A DNA stretch of 64,000 nucleotides from an uncultured Alphaproteobacteria bacterium (GCA_963750115.1 CAVVPM010000016.1:280703-344702), one strand, 5' to 3'; numbered from the stretch's first letter, positions 1-10,979 are shown. Numbers and translations: made by a program. The notes: generated from the letters alone by a model not told the origin.

Positions 1-1844
1 CTGCAACTGCCGAGACCGCGACCGCACCGGCGGCTCCTGCGGCGCCTTCCGCTCAGGCCGGAGCCGGCGCGGCGGGATCGGAAAGTGCGGCTCCGGGCTC
101 AGAGGCCGCCGGCGCGACCGGGACGCCGCCGCAGGAGGCGATGACCGCAACGACCGCGCCGCAGCCCGGCGCCGGGCAGGAAGCGGCTGCGCCTTCGGGA
201 AGCTCGGCCGGGAGCGGAGAGGCCGCGACGACGGAGAGCGGCGCGACGCCTGCGACGACCGAGACGCCGACGCCAGGCACCGCGACGGCGGAAGCGGCCA
301 CGCCGGAGGCATCCGAATCCGCCACTGCGGGAACAGCGGCGCCGTCGGTCTCCGAGAGCGCGCCAGCGGCGGCTGCGGCCGAGCCTTCAGCGTCATCGGG
401 AGCGGCAACGGCGCCTGAACAACAGGCGGCGGCGGAAGCGCCTGCCGGCGCGAGCACCACGGCTCCCTCTGAGATGGCCGCACCGGGGCAACAGGCGACG
501 ACAGAGGCGCCAAGCGAGGGCGCCGCCGCGCCAGGGTCACAGGCAGCTACACCGGGGCAGCAGGCGGCGGCGGAAGCACCTGCCGGCGAGAGCACCACGG
601 CTCCGACTGAGACGACCACTGGCGGGCAGCAGAGCGCCTCCACGGAGGCGCCAGCCAGCGGCGGCACCACGACCGCGCCGGAACCACAGCCTTCCGGCGA
701 AGAGCAGGCGGCGGCCGCGGCGAAACCGGAAAGCGAAGGCGCTACCGCGCCGGCGGCCGGGAGCGAGGCGACGACGGCCGAGACGGCCGCCGCTTCTCCG
801 CCTTCCACCGAGACGCCTGCTACCGAGACACCTTCGGCGACGACCGCGCCTGAGGCCGCGCCAGCGCCCAGCCAGGAAGCTGCGGCAGCAGAACCAACCC
901 CGCCGCAGGCGCCCGAAGCCCCGACCTCGGCCGCGGCGCAGCCAACCGAAGAAAGCGCCGCCGGCGGAACGTCGGCCCCGGCGACGGCCGGAGAAGCGCC
1001 CAAGCCGGAAGAGCAGGTCGCTTCGGCCGCTCCGTCGGCCGGAGAACCCGAGCAGCACGTCGAGATCAATTCCGCCGAGGCGAGCGCGCCAAGCGAGGCG
1101 ACGTCCGCCGAGGCAACCGTCGCGGCGATCGACATGACGGGTCTCAATGCCAGCGTCTCCGAAGGCAAGGCGCAGGGAACCTCAGCGTCGGCCGAAGCCA
1201 CCATCGCGGCTGTCGACATGGGCGCCCTTGGCGTCACCGCTACTGAAAGCCTGGGCCAGGGTCTGGCTCTTTCCGGCGAAGCGGCGCCCGGCGCGATCGA
1301 CGCGCATGACGTCACCATCAAGGCGGCGGAGGTCGAGGCGAATACGCTCTACGTCGCGGGCGCGGCGCCTCCGGGCACCCTGGTGCGCGTCTTTGCGAAC
1401 AACGAGGCGGTCGGCGACGCGCGCGCCGGCGCCGAGGGCACCTGGCTGCTTGAGGCGAAGAAGGAGATACCGGTCGGCGAAGTGACTTTCCGCGTCGAGA
1501 TCGCGCCGGAAACGGGCGCCGGCCAGAATGCGAATGTCGAGGCGGCGGTCCCCTTCATGCGCTATTCCGATGGCGTGGTGCTCGAGCCGGTGGTGACGGC
1601 GGTGGCGGGCGCCGACGCGCTGCTCTCCGACGCGGAGCTTTCGCCGCAGCCGGCCTACGTGATCATCCGGCGCGGCGACAATCTTTGGCGCATCGCCCGC
1701 CGCAACTACGGCCGTGGCATCAAGTATCAGGCGATCTTCGCGGCGAACCGCGACCGGATCGACAATCCGCATTGGATCTATCCAGGGCAGGTCTTCGTCG
1801 TTCCGACGCGCGACTTGAGCTGGCAGACCACGGCAACGGACTGA
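1..1844 (+). CDS. LysM peptidoglycan-binding protein with a long Ala/Thr/Pro/Glu-rich low-complexity region (5' end off window)
   Basis: ORF 141..1844. The same frame stays open with identical composition back to nt 3, so the start lies upstream of the window. The C-terminal YVIIRRGDNLWRIARRNYGRGIKYQAIFAANRDRIDNPHWIYPGQVFVVP is a canonical LysM motif. Confidence 0.8.
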   Translation, partial: ATAETATAPAAPAAPSAQAGAGAAGSESAAPGSEAAGATGTPPQEAMTATTAPQPGAGQEAAAPSGSSAGSGEAATTESGATPATTETPTPGTATAEAATPEASESATAGTAAPSVSESAPAAAAAEPSASSGAATAPEQQAAAEAPAGASTTAPSEMAAPGQQATTEAPSEGAAAPGSQAATPGQQAAAEAPAGESTTAPTETTTGGQQSASTEAPASGGTTTAPEPQPSGEEQAAAAAKPESEGATAPAAGSEATTAETAAASPPSTETPATETPSATTAPEAAPAPSQEAAAAEPTPPQAPEAPTSAAAQPTEESAAGGTSAPATAGEAPKPEEQVASAAPSAGEPEQHVEINSAEASAPSEATSAEATVAAIDMTGLNASVSEGKAQGTSASAEATIAAVDMGALGVTATESLGQGLALSGEAAPGAIDAHDVTIKAAEVEANTLYVAGAAPPGTLVRVFANNEAVGDARAGAEGTWLLEAKKEIPVGEVTFRVEIAPETGAGQNANVEAAVPFMRYSDGVVLEPVVTAVAGADALLSDAELSPQPAYVIIRRGDNLWRIARRNYGRGIKYQAIFAANRDRIDNPHWIYPGQVFVVPTRDLSWQTTATD

Positions 1845-1848
1845 GCCG

Positions 1849-1885
1849 TCGACGCCCGCCGCGCGTTTGCGCCGGGCGTCGATTT
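1849..1885 (+). terminator. Candidate intrinsic terminator after the LysM gene
   Basis: 10-bp inverted repeat tcgacgcccg (1849-1858) / cgggcgtcga (1873-1882), followed by TTT, 5 nt after the stop codon. Confidence 0.45.
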
Positions 1886-1909
1886 GCATTCATCGGCAAA
1901 TTACGATAG

Positions 1910-2305
1910 ATGCGCTCTTTCCAAGTGCGGCGCCGGGCCCTCGGGTCTGCGAGCGCCGCCGGCACGAAGATTCCGGAAGGGGCGAGGGTGGAGAACGTCG
2001 ATGCGGCTGCCGAAAGGCTGAAGGCCCTCGGCCATCCCGTGCGGCTTGCAATCGTGAGGGCGCTCGCGGAGCGAAGTGCCTGTTGCTGCGCTGACGTGTG
2101 CAGCCGGCTGCCGCTCGCGCAATCGACGGTGTCGCAGCATTTGAAGGTGTTGAAGGAGGCTGGGCTCGTGAGCTTCCGCCGCGACGGGGTGAGGTCGAGC
2201 TACGTGTTGAATCCGGTCGCCTTCGCCGATCTGCGGGGCGATCTCGAGGCGATCGTCGGGCTCGTCGACCTGGTCCGCACAAACAGCGCCCGCGGGGCAG
2301 AGTGA
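1910..2305 (+). CDS. ArsR/SmtB-family metalloregulator
   Basis: Intact 131-aa ORF. Winged-HTH signature LKALGHPVRLAIVRAL...STVSQHLKVLKEAGLV, and a Cys cluster ERSACCCADVC at the position of the ArsR metal/metalloid site. Its stop overlaps the next ATG by 1 nt (TGATG). Confidence 0.85.
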   Translation: MRSFQVRRRALGSASAAGTKIPEGARVENVDAAAERLKALGHPVRLAIVRALAERSACCCADVCSRLPLAQSTVSQHLKVLKEAGLVSFRRDGVRSSYVLNPVAFADLRGDLEAIVGLVDLVRTNSARGAE

Positions 2306-4212
2306 TGGCGGCGATAAATACGACGCCCAAGGTCTCGGCCGATAAAGGCCGCACGTTCTCCACGCTCGTGAACCTCTGGCCCTACATGTGGCCGTCGGAC
2401 CGCGCGGACCTCAAGCTCCGCGTCGTCATCGCCTTCGTCGCGCTCATTGCCGCCAAGGTGGTGGGCGTGCTCGTGCCCTATTCCTTCAAATGGGCGACCG
2501 ACACGCTGACCGGGCAGGGGCACGCGCCTTCCGCCCTGCCGCTTATCATCGCGGCGCCGGTAGCGCTCGTGCTCGCCTACAATATCGGGCGCCTCGTCAC
2601 GACCGCCTTGGCGCAGCTTCGCGACGCGCTCTTCGCGCGCGTCGGGCTGCATGCGGTCCGCCAGCTCGCCTATCTGACATTCGTGCATCTGCACGAGCTG
2701 TCGCTGCGCTTCCATCTCGAACGGCGGACGGGCGGCCTCTCCCGCATCATCGAGCGCGGCACGACGGGGATCGAGAACATCGTTCGCCACGTCATCTTGA
2801 ACACGCGCGCCGACGGTGGTCGAGTTCGCGCTGACCGCCGGCATCGTCTGGTACCAGTTCAACTTCACCTACGTGATCGTCATCGCCGTCGACGGTCGGC
2901 GTCTATGTGTGGTTCACGATTCACGCGAGCGACTGGCGCATCTCGATCCGTCGCGAGATGAACGATTCCGACACCGACGCCCATTCGAAGGCGATCAACT
3001 CCCTCCTGAACTACGAGACGGTCAAGTATTTCGGCAATGAGCGCCGCGAGGCACAGCGCTTCGACCGCTCCATGGCGCGCTACGAACGGGCGGCGATCAG
3101 GACCTGGGTGTCGCTCGCCGGCCTCAATCTCGGACAGGCCGTGATCTTCGGCACCGGCATGGCGATCTGCATGGTGATGTCGGCGCGCGGCATCTTGGCC
3201 GGGCGGCAGACGATCGGCGATTTCGTGCTGATCAACGCGCTTCTCATGCAGCTTGCCGTGCCGCTCAATTTCATCGGCTTCGTCTATCGCGAGATCGTGC
3301 AGGGGCTTGCCGACATCGAGGCGATGTTCCGCCTGCTTGAGGTGCCGCAGGAGGTGACGGACCGGCGACGGCGCGCCGCCGCTCGTCGTCAGCGAAGGGC
3401 GCGATCCGCTTCGAGGACGTGCATTTCTCCTACGAGCCGGCACGCGCAGATCCTGAAGGGGATCAGCTTCGAGGTGCCGGCCAACGCCAAGGTGGCGATC
3501 GTCGGTCCGTCGGGCGCGGGCAAGTCGACGATCTCGCGGCTGCTCTTCCGCTTCTACGACGTGACGAGCGGCAGGATCACGATCGACGGTCAGGACATCC
3601 GCGACGTGTCGCAGGAGAGCCTGCGCGCGGCGATCGGCATCGTTCCGCAGGACACCGTGCTCTTCAACGACACGCTCGGCTACAACATCCGCTACGGCCA
3701 CTGGGAGGCCTCCGAGGCGGAGGTGCGCGAGGCGGCGCGCATGGCGCAGGTCGCGCGCTTCATCGAGAGCCTGCCGCTCGGCTACGACACGCAGGTCGGC
3801 GAGCGCGGGCTGAAGCTCTCCGGCGGCGAGAAGCAGCGCGTCGCGATCGCCCGCACCATCCTGAAGGGCCCGCCGATCCTGATCCTCGACGAGGCGACCT
3901 CGGCGCTCGACACGGCGACGGAGCGGGAAATCCAGTCGGCGCTCGAAGAGGTGTCGCAAAACCGCACGGCGCTCGTCATCGCGCACCGGCTCTCGACCGT
4001 GGTCAACGCCGACCAGATCATCGTGCTGCAGGACGGCGCCATCGCGGAGCAGGGGCACGCATGGCGAGCTGATCGCGCGGCGCGGGCTCTACGCGGCGAT
4101 GTGGGAGCGCCAGCGCGAGGCCGACGAGATGGCCGAGCGGCTGCGCCGCACGCGCGAGGCGGCGCGCGCCTTCCTGCCGCCCGATCTCGTCACCGGCGAA
4201 GCGGCGGAGTAG
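2305..4212 (+). pseudogene. ABC exporter, fused permease/ATPase, Atm1/HMT1-like (frame broken about 7 times as sequenced)
   Basis: The protein can be followed through ORFs 2098..2961, 2816..3040, 2907..4295 and 3419..4072. N-terminus MAAINTTPKVSADKGRTFSTLVNLWPYMWP. TMD segment ...VEFALTAGIVWYQFNFTYVIVIAV..VWFTIHASDWRISIRREMNDSDTDAHSKAINSLLNYETVKYFGNE. Walker A GPSGAGKST, signature LSGGEKQRVAIAR, Walker B ILILDEATSALD. The tail GELIARRGLYAAMWERQ...GEAAE ends at the stop at 4210-4212. Confidence 0.8.
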
Positions 4213-4291
4213 GGCGTTCGACCGCCGCGCGGGTGCGCCGCCAAGCGGCGCGCCGCTTGGCCCCACCGCCGGCAACGGCTAAGAGCGCCGG

Positions 4292-5000
4292 ATGATCCGC
4301 TCCATCCGCGAGGCCATTCCGAACATCCACCGCGAGGGCTGGCCGTTCATCGCGGCGACGCTCGCTGCTGGCGCTCGTCCTCGGCTATCTCTTCGCGCCG
4401 CTTTTCTGGCTGCTGCTGATCCTTGGCGGCTGGATGGCGATCTTCTTCCGCGATCCGGCGCGCGTGGTGCCGACGGCGCCCGGCCTCGTCGTCAGCCCGG
4501 CGGACGGGCGCGTGGAGCCGGTCGTGCGCGCCGTGCCGCCGCCGGAGCTCGGGCTTGGCGACGAGCCGGCTGACGCGCATCTCCGTCTTCATGAACGTCT
4601 TCGACTGCCACATCAATCGCGCGCCGGTCGCCGGCCGCGTCGCGCGGCATCGCCTACAAGGCCGGGACAGTTCCTGAGCGCCGACCTCGACAAGGCGAGC
4701 GAGGTGAACGAGCGGAACGCCATTCTGATCGAGGCCGAGGGCGGGCTGAGCGTCGGCGTGGTGCAGATCGCGGGGCTCGTCGCGCGGCGGATCGTGTGCT
4801 GGACGCGGAGGGCGCCGAGCGTCGACGCCGGCGAGCGGATCGGCATGATCCGCTTCGGCTCGCGCCTCGACGTCTATCTGCCGGAGGGCGTCGACCGTCG
4901 CCGTCAGCGCCGGCCAGCGCGCGATCGCCGGCGAGACGATGCTCGCGCGTCCTCCCCGGGGCGCGGCTTTGCGCCGCCGTTCCCGACGCGGCGCGACTAG
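4292..5000 (+). pseudogene. psd: Phosphatidylserine decarboxylase proenzyme (frameshifted as sequenced)
   Basis: MIRSIREAIPNIHREGWPFIAATL..., then [84 protein letters not shown]...IVCW and MIRFGSRLDVYLPEG lie in successive frames. pssA lies immediately downstream, as is usual. Confidence 0.8.
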
Positions 5001-5002
5001 CC

Positions 5003-5840
5003 ATGGCCGGCCTCTTTCCCGCCGTCGATCCGGAGGCGAAGCGCGGCAGGCCGCGGCGCCGGCTGGTGCCCTTTACCGCGGTCCTTCCGAACCTCGTCAC
5101 GCTGCTCGGCGCTCTGCGCCGGCCTGACGGCGATCCGCATGGCGGTCGAGCATCGCTTCGACCTTGCGGTCGCGGGCGATCATGCTCGCCATCATCCTCG
5201 ACGGCATCGACGGGCGGCTCGCGCGCTATTTCCGCGCCACCTCGCGCTTCGGCGAGCAACTCGACTCGCTTGCCGACTTCGTGAATTTCGGCGTCGCGCC
5301 GGCGATCTTCATCTTCATCTGGCGGCTCGACGGGCTCTCGTCCTTCGGCTGGATCTGCGCGCTCGTCTTTGCCATCTGCACCGGGCTGCAGGCTCGCCCG
5401 CTTCAACGCCGCGCTGCTGGCGGAGGAGCCGCAGCCCGACTGGCATCGCGATTTCTTCGTCGGCGCACCGGCGCCGGCGGGGGCGGGCCTGCTGCTCCTG
5501 CCATTCTTCCTGCAGCGCACGTGCACGCGATCGATTTCGATTCCGCCGCGATTGTCGTCGCGATCTACACGGTCTTCATCGCGCTCCTGATGGTGAGCCG
5601 CATCCCGACGCTTTCGGGAAAGCGTTTCGGGCGGCGCATCCCGCGCGAGCGGCGTGCTTCCGGTGCTCGTCGTCGGCGTGCTTCTCGTGGCGCTTCTCGC
5701 CAGCTATCCGTTCTCCTTCCTTGCCATCGTCGGCGCTCGCCTATCTCGCGCACATCCCCTTCGCCTGGCGCGCGCGCCAGCGCGCCGAGGCAGCGAGCCG
5801 AGCGCCGGCCGGCGAGCGCAGACAGGAGTCCGGCGAATAG
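5003..5840 (+). pseudogene. pssA: CDP-diacylglycerol--serine O-phosphatidyltransferase (frameshifted as sequenced)
   Basis: ATG at 5003, 3 nt after the psd stop. The CDP-alcohol phosphatidyltransferase motif ILDGIDGRLARYFRATSRFGEQLDSLADFVNFGVAP is present. Hydrophobic segments continue across ORFs 4796..5284, 5164..5925, 5369..5590, 5654..5848 and 5139..5840. Confidence 0.8.
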
Positions 5841-5961
5841 ACTTCTGACGTTTTGCCGAAAAAGGTCGCAATTTCGCTCGAAAAGGGCGGCTCGTCCGCC
5901 TTGCCGATTGCTTTTCCTATGCTAGGCAAGAGCTTGAGAGTGGGGCGCTCGGAGCGAAAAC

Positions 5962-6988
5962 ATGATCCCGAGCCTTTTCAGGTTCGCTGTTGGCGATCGT
6001 GCGTCGCGACGCTCGTCTGCTGGCGCGAGCGCGCATCCGCCGAGGACAAGCTCCGCTTCATCATGGTGACGCATGGCGCCGCGACCGATCCGTTCTGGGC
6101 GTCGGTGAAGGACGGGGCGGACGCCGCCGCCAAGGAGGCCGGCGTCCAGGTCGTCTACCGGGCGCCCGAAGACATTCGACCTCAAGAAGATGGCGGCGCT
6201 CGTCGACGCGGCGGTGAAGGAGGAGCCCGGACGGCCTCATCGTCTCGATCCCGAACGCCGACGCGGTCGCCGCTCCGATCCGCGCGGCCGTCGATGCCGG
6301 CATTCCGGTCATCACGATCAATTCCGGCTTCGACGTCGGCCAGTCGCTCGGCGCGCTGCTGCATGTCGGGCAGAGCGAATACGAGGCCGGCCGGGTGGCC
6401 GGCGACGCGATGCGCAAGCTCGGCGGAACCAAGGCGCTCTGCCTGAACCACGAGCTCGGCAATGTGGGGCTCGACCTTCGCTGCAAGGGGTTCATCGACG
6501 GCTTCGCCGGTTCGGTGGAGGTGCTGCCGGTCGACGCGGATCCGAAGAAGGCCGGCAAGACCATCGCGGACGCGGCTGGCCGACAGACGACGGACATCGA
6601 CGTGATCCTGGCGCTCTGAGCGCCACGATTGCCGGCGAGCCGGCGATCGCGGCGGCGAAGGCGCTTGAAGGGCGCAAGGTCCACGTCGGCACCTTCGACG
6701 TCACCGACGACGATTCTGAACGCCGTCGCCGACGGCGACGCGTCCTTCGCGATCGACCAGCAGCCTTTCCTGCAGGGCTACCTGCCGGTCCAATATCTCG
6801 CGCTCTATAAAGAGTATGGCGTCATTCCGGTCTCGAACGTCAGCACGGGCCCTCGCCTCATCACCATGACGGACGCGAAGCGGCGCCTCGGGCGCAGCGA
6901 TGCGGGTGGGGCTCCGGGCGAGTGCGCCGCCGCCGACAGATGCCGAAGCCCCGGCGACGCCGAGCGGCGGCTGAGCGGCGCGGCCTGA
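5962..6988 (+). pseudogene. Periplasmic sugar-binding protein of an ABC system (PBP1/RbsB-like), orphan; frameshifted, both ends uncertain
   Basis: Fragments KLRFIMVTHGAATDPFWASVKDGADAAAKEAGVQVVYRAP, KKMAALVDAAVKEEP, IPVITINSGFDVG, MRKLGGTKALCLNHELGNVGLDLRCKGFIDGF and AVADGDASFAIDQQPFLQGYLPVQYLALYKEYGVIP lie in different frames. The N-terminal signal region (MIPSLFRFAVG...) is garbled. Confidence 0.65.
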
Positions 6989-7054
6989 CTTGCTTCCGCG
7001 GCGCCGCGGGCGCGGCGCATTGAATGTGACAGCGGGATGAACGAATGATCCGGC

Positions 7055-7559
7055 GTGCCGCAGGAAATCGAACGCAAGTTTCTCGTCGCGAATGACGGCT
7101 GGCGCGGGGGGGCGGATCAAGGCCGACGGTTTCGGCAGGCGTACCTGGCCGAGACCGATCGCGTTGCCATCCGCATGCGGATCAAGGACGGCACGGAAGC
7201 CGTGCTGACCGTCAAAAGCGCCAGTCCCGGATCCTCTCGCGTCGAGTTCGAATATCCGCATGCCGGTGGGGGATGCCGAAGCGCTGAGCGAGCTTCGCCA
7301 GGGAAGCGTGCTTGAGAAGACGCGTTTCCACGCGCGACACGCCGGGCGCATTTGGGAGGTCGATGTCTATGCCGGCGACAATGAGGGCCTCGTGATCGCC
7401 GAGGTCGAGCTGGAAAGCGAGATCGCGCCAACGTCGACCTGCCGGCCTGGGTCGGGCGCGAGGTCACCGGACGAGGCGTGCTATTATGCTGCGCGGCTGG
7501 CGATGCGGCCCTATCGTTCCTGGCCTGATGCGGCCGCGGCCGGCACGGGGAGTGCGTAA
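7055..7559 (+). pseudogene. CYTH-domain protein (CyaB/thiamine-triphosphatase-like triphosphate tunnel enzyme); frameshifted
   Basis: GTG start. The EIERKFLV motif at the N-terminus is the CYTH ExExK signature. It continues as RIWEVDVYAGDNEGLVIAEVELESE and DLPAWVGREVTG across frames. Confidence 0.75.
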
Positions 7560-7561
7560 GC

Positions 7562-8528
7562 GTGGCATGGCGGTTTGAGCCGGGGGAGGGCCTCCGGAAG
7601 GGCTTTCGCCGCGTGGCGAGCGAGGAGATCGCCAAGATCGCAGGCCGGGCTCGCGGCGCGGGAGAGCGGATCCGGCCACGGCAATTCACGAAGCGCGGCA
7701 AGGATTTAAGCGCCTGCGGGCTCTGGTCCGGCTGGCAAAGCCCTCGCTTGGACCGGATTTCGCGGTGGAGAACCGGCGCTGGCGCGACGCCGGCCGATTG
7801 CTCGCCGGCTTAAGGGAAAAGACGGTGCTCACGCAGAGCTTCGACCGAGTGGTCGCCGATTGCGGCGCCGACATTTCCGCGGAGGCTCTCGACCACCTGC
7901 GTCGTGGCATCGTCGGCGAGCACGCGGGCGTCACGGCGGCCGGCCTTGAGGCAAATGTCGAAGAGGTCCTGAAGGTGCTCGACGCGGCGGCGAGAGGGTT
8001 GCGACGCTCGATTGGCCGGACAGCACCGAGGCCCTCTTGAAGGGTCTGCGGAAGAGCCACGCCCGGCTCCGGCAGGGCTGGAAGAAGGCGCGCCGGAGCG
8101 TGGCGCCGGAGGCGCTTCACGATTGGCGCAAGCGTGTGAAGGACCAGTCGGCGCAGCTCCGCCTGTTCCGCGGCGTCATGCCCGACGCGCTTCGCGCGCG
8201 GCGGAACGAGGAGAAGGAGACGGCCGAACGCCTCGGCGAGGAGCACGATCTCTGGGTGCTGAGGGAGCACCTTTCGGGCGTCTCCTGTCCGCCCGAAATC
8301 GAGACGGCGCGCGTCCTGCTGCTCGACGCGATCGAAGGCCGCCGAGCCGTTCTGCGGGACGCAACGCTTGAGCGCGGCGGGAAGTTCTCGGCAAAGAAGG
8401 CGAGCGCGTTCTGCTGCGCGCTGTGCGAGGCGTGGACCAAGGCCTCGGCCCGTGCAGTCCGCAAGCCGCGCCGCGCGAAGTCGCCCCCCGCCGGCCCGGC
8501 TGCGGCGCCTATTTCTCAAGCACGGTGA
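7562..8528 (+). pseudogene. CHAD-domain protein (frameshifted)
   Basis: Starts 3 nt after the CYTH gene. Helical, Arg/Lys/His-rich repeats (ALHDWRKRVKDQSAQLRLFRG...EEKETAERLGEEHDLWVLREHL) are typical of CHAD. CYTH-CHAD adjacency or fusion is a well-known pairing. Followed across ORFs 7562..7813, 7765..8040 and 8037..8528. Confidence 0.7.
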
Positions 8529-10719
8529 AGACGCCGTCCCAACCACTCGGCGGCGGGTCTTCGGCCAAGGTGGCGATCCGCTTCGCGTAGATATCGTAGT
8601 AAGCGTGAAGCGAGGCCGGCGCGATCTTCCGCACCGCCGTCGTCGCCTCGGCGGCCTCCGCGAATTTCGCTGCGCGATAGGTCGCGATCATCCGGCTGTG
8701 GGCGACAAAGAGGGCGCGGAACTCTTCGGAAAGCGCAAAGGCTTCGTCGCCGAGCAGCGTGAAGATCGCCACCGGCTCGCTGCGCCCGACGACGCGCACG
8801 AGGTCGACTTCGAGCAGCGCCAACCCGGAGGTATGGACCGTCGTGTTCTCGGTGATCAGGATCGACAGTCCGTATTGCTTGGTCAGGCTCTCGACCCGCG
8901 ACGCGACATTCACGGAATCGCCGATCGCCGAGTAGTTGAAGCGCTGCTCGGAGCCGAGATTGCCGACGCAGCACTGACCGGTGTTGAGCCCGACGCCGAT
9001 CTTGATCGCGACGTCTTCGGTCTTGTTCAGCTCCTCGAGCGCCTTGAACATGCTGAGCGCCGCCAAGCAAGCCTGCCGCGGGTGATTGGGCGTCGAAAGC
9101 GGCGCGTTCCAGAACGCCATGATGGCGTCGCCGATATATTTGTCGATGGTGGCGCCGGATTCGAGCAGCGCGTCCGTCATCGGCGTCAAGAACCGGTTCA
9201 GGAGCCCGGTGATGGCCTGCGGGTCCAATTTCTCCGAGAGCGACGTGAAGCCGCGGATGTCGCTGAAGAGGATGGTGATCTCGCGCGTCTCCCCGCCGAG
9301 CGCGAGAGCGGCCGGGTCCTCGGCCAACCGCTCCACCATGGCGGGGGCGAGATAGAATGCGAAGGCGCGGCGCACGAACTGGCGCTCACGATCGGTGAGC
9401 AGAAGCAGAAGCGCCGTCACGACGATATAGACGCTGAGGACGGAGAGGCTCGGGAGGATCGGGTCGAGCACCATCTTGCCGTTGGCAAAGGCGAACCAGG
9501 AGATGGCGGCGACACCCGAGATGACAACCAGCGCCGCAATGGCGCCGAGCAGCGGGCCGACCGACAGGACGGCCGCAAGCAGGATGAGCGTCAAGACGAT
9601 CGCGAGCGCGATCTCGGCGCCAGGCGCCCAGTCCGGTCGGGTCAGGAACTCGCCGCTCAGGATCTGGTCGATGATTTCGGCATGCACTTCGACACCGGGC
9701 ACGGCCGCGGCGCGCGGGGTTGCGACGATGTCGCGAAGCCCGATCGCGCTGGTGCCAACGAGGACGATGCTGCCGTTGATCTTGTCGGCATACTTCGCCG
9801 CCTTCTGCGGGTCGAGAAACTCCGCGGCGGAGATGCGCGGGACGCTCGGCACGCCGGAATAATAGATGCGGAAGTCGCCGACCGCGCCGGTCGGCACCTC
9901 GAAGTTGCCGACCTTCAGGGCCGTCATCGCGGGGCGGCCGGTGTCGGCCTCACCGCTCGCGCCCGTCGCGCGCAGCACGAAGGAGCTGGCGCCGAGCGCC
10001 GTGCGCAAAGCCTCGATGGAGAGGGCCGGATAGAGCTTGTCGTGGCTGCGGGCGAGAAGAGGCACGGTGCGGACGATGCCGTCGGGGCTCGGCGGAAAGC
10101 TGTAGAAGCCGGCTCCGCTTGCGGCGTCACTCAAGACCGGCAGGTTGGAGAGGGCGCCGCTGAAGGTGTAAAGATAGGATTGCGGGTCGGCGCCGGCGAA
10201 GGCGAACCCGGCCTTCGGGGGCGGCGGCGCCGCGTCGGTTTCGTTGGTCAGCACGAAGCCCGCGGTCACCGGGTTCCGGCTGAACGCGGCGGCGAGAAGC
10301 GCGTCGTTGTCGGGAAGGCTGGCGGGAAGGTCGACCTTCGCGCCGGCGCGCACGAGGTCCGCCGCCGCGGTCGAAAGCGACGTCCGGTCCGGATCCGAAA
10401 AGACGATGTCGAAGGCGATCGATGCGGCGCCGAGCTTGCCGAGCTCGTCGACGATCTGGGCGATCTCCGAGCGCGGCCATGGCCATTGCCCGACCTGGTG
10501 CAACGACGCCTCGTCGATGTCGAGGATGACGATCGGAGCGCCGGCTTCAACACGCGGCTTCAGGTTCTGGTAGAAATCGAAGACGAGGCCGCTCAGCCGA
10601 TAGAGGATGGGCGAGTTGCCGCCGAGCACAAAGAGCATGGCGGCGAGCGTGAGCAACCCCGCAATGCCGACCTGGAGAGCCCGGCGTCGATCGCGCCGCC
10701 GCGTTGTCGCCGACTTCAT
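8509..10719 (-). CDS. CHASE2-sensor class III adenylate/guanylate cyclase
   Basis: Intact 736-aa ORF with an N-terminal TM helix, a large periplasmic region, three TM helices, then the cyclase catalytic core ITILFSDIRGFTSLSE...KYIGDAIMAFWNAP...GLNTGQCCVGNLGSEQRFNYSAIGDSVNVASRVES. Its 3' end overlaps the CHAD gene 3' end by 20 nt (convergent). Confidence 0.88.
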   Translation of the reverse strand: MKSATTRRRDRRRALQVGIAGLLTLAAMLFVLGGNSPILYRLSGLVFDFYQNLKPRVEAGAPIVILDIDEASLHQVGQWPWPRSEIAQIVDELGKLGAASIAFDIVFSDPDRTSLSTAAADLVRAGAKVDLPASLPDNDALLAAAFSRNPVTAGFVLTNETDAAPPPPKAGFAFAGADPQSYLYTFSGALSNLPVLSDAASGAGFYSFPPSPDGIVRTVPLLARSHDKLYPALSIEALRTALGASSFVLRATGASGEADTGRPAMTALKVGNFEVPTGAVGDFRIYYSGVPSVPRISAAEFLDPQKAAKYADKINGSIVLVGTSAIGLRDIVATPRAAAVPGVEVHAEIIDQILSGEFLTRPDWAPGAEIALAIVLTLILLAAVLSVGPLLGAIAALVVISGVAAISWFAFANGKMVLDPILPSLSVLSVYIVVTALLLLLTDRERQFVRRAFAFYLAPAMVERLAEDPAALALGGETREITILFSDIRGFTSLSEKLDPQAITGLLNRFLTPMTDALLESGATIDKYIGDAIMAFWNAPLSTPNHPRQACLAALSMFKALEELNKTEDVAIKIGVGLNTGQCCVGNLGSEQRFNYSAIGDSVNVASRVESLTKQYGLSILITENTTVHTSGLALLEVDLVRVVGRSEPVAIFTLLGDEAFALSEEFRALFVAHSRMIATYRAAKFAEAAEATTAVRKIAPASLHAYYDIYAKRIATLAEDPPPSGWDGVFTVLEK

Positions 10720-10954
10720 TCAGGCACCGATCTTCGACCTCGCCGCGACGCTTCAGATGAGCACGTAACGAGCCGGCGGCGCGACGTAAAGAGCAGGGCG
10801 GAGACACGCCCGGCAAGTCGGTCGCTCGCAATCGGACCGCTTTGACGCGCCCGGCGGCACGCCGGAATCACGGCCGCGAGGTCCGTCCCAGGGGATGCAT
10901 CGCGGGCGGGCCAGCAAGCTCGCGGGCGCGAAATCGTTAAGATTGTCCCGATTT

Positions 10955-10979
10955 CGGTAACCTTAACGCGTGGTTACCG
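10955..10979. promoter_or_regulatory. Perfect inverted repeat in the cyclase/FecR divergent intergenic region (candidate operator)
   Basis: cggtaacc-ttaacgcgt-ggttaccg (8-bp arms, 9-nt spacer). It is nested with a second repeat, cgttaag (10935-10941) / cttaacg (10962-10968), in the locally AT-richer part of the 340-bp intergenic region. Confidence 0.35.

Noticed and set aside
4240-4261. A perfect 22-nt palindrome, gccaagcggcg/cgccgcttggc, between the ABC exporter and psd.
   Set aside because: It could be a terminator-like stem, but there is no U-tract and psd follows only 30 nt later. The evidence is too weak to call it a terminator or protein-binding site.
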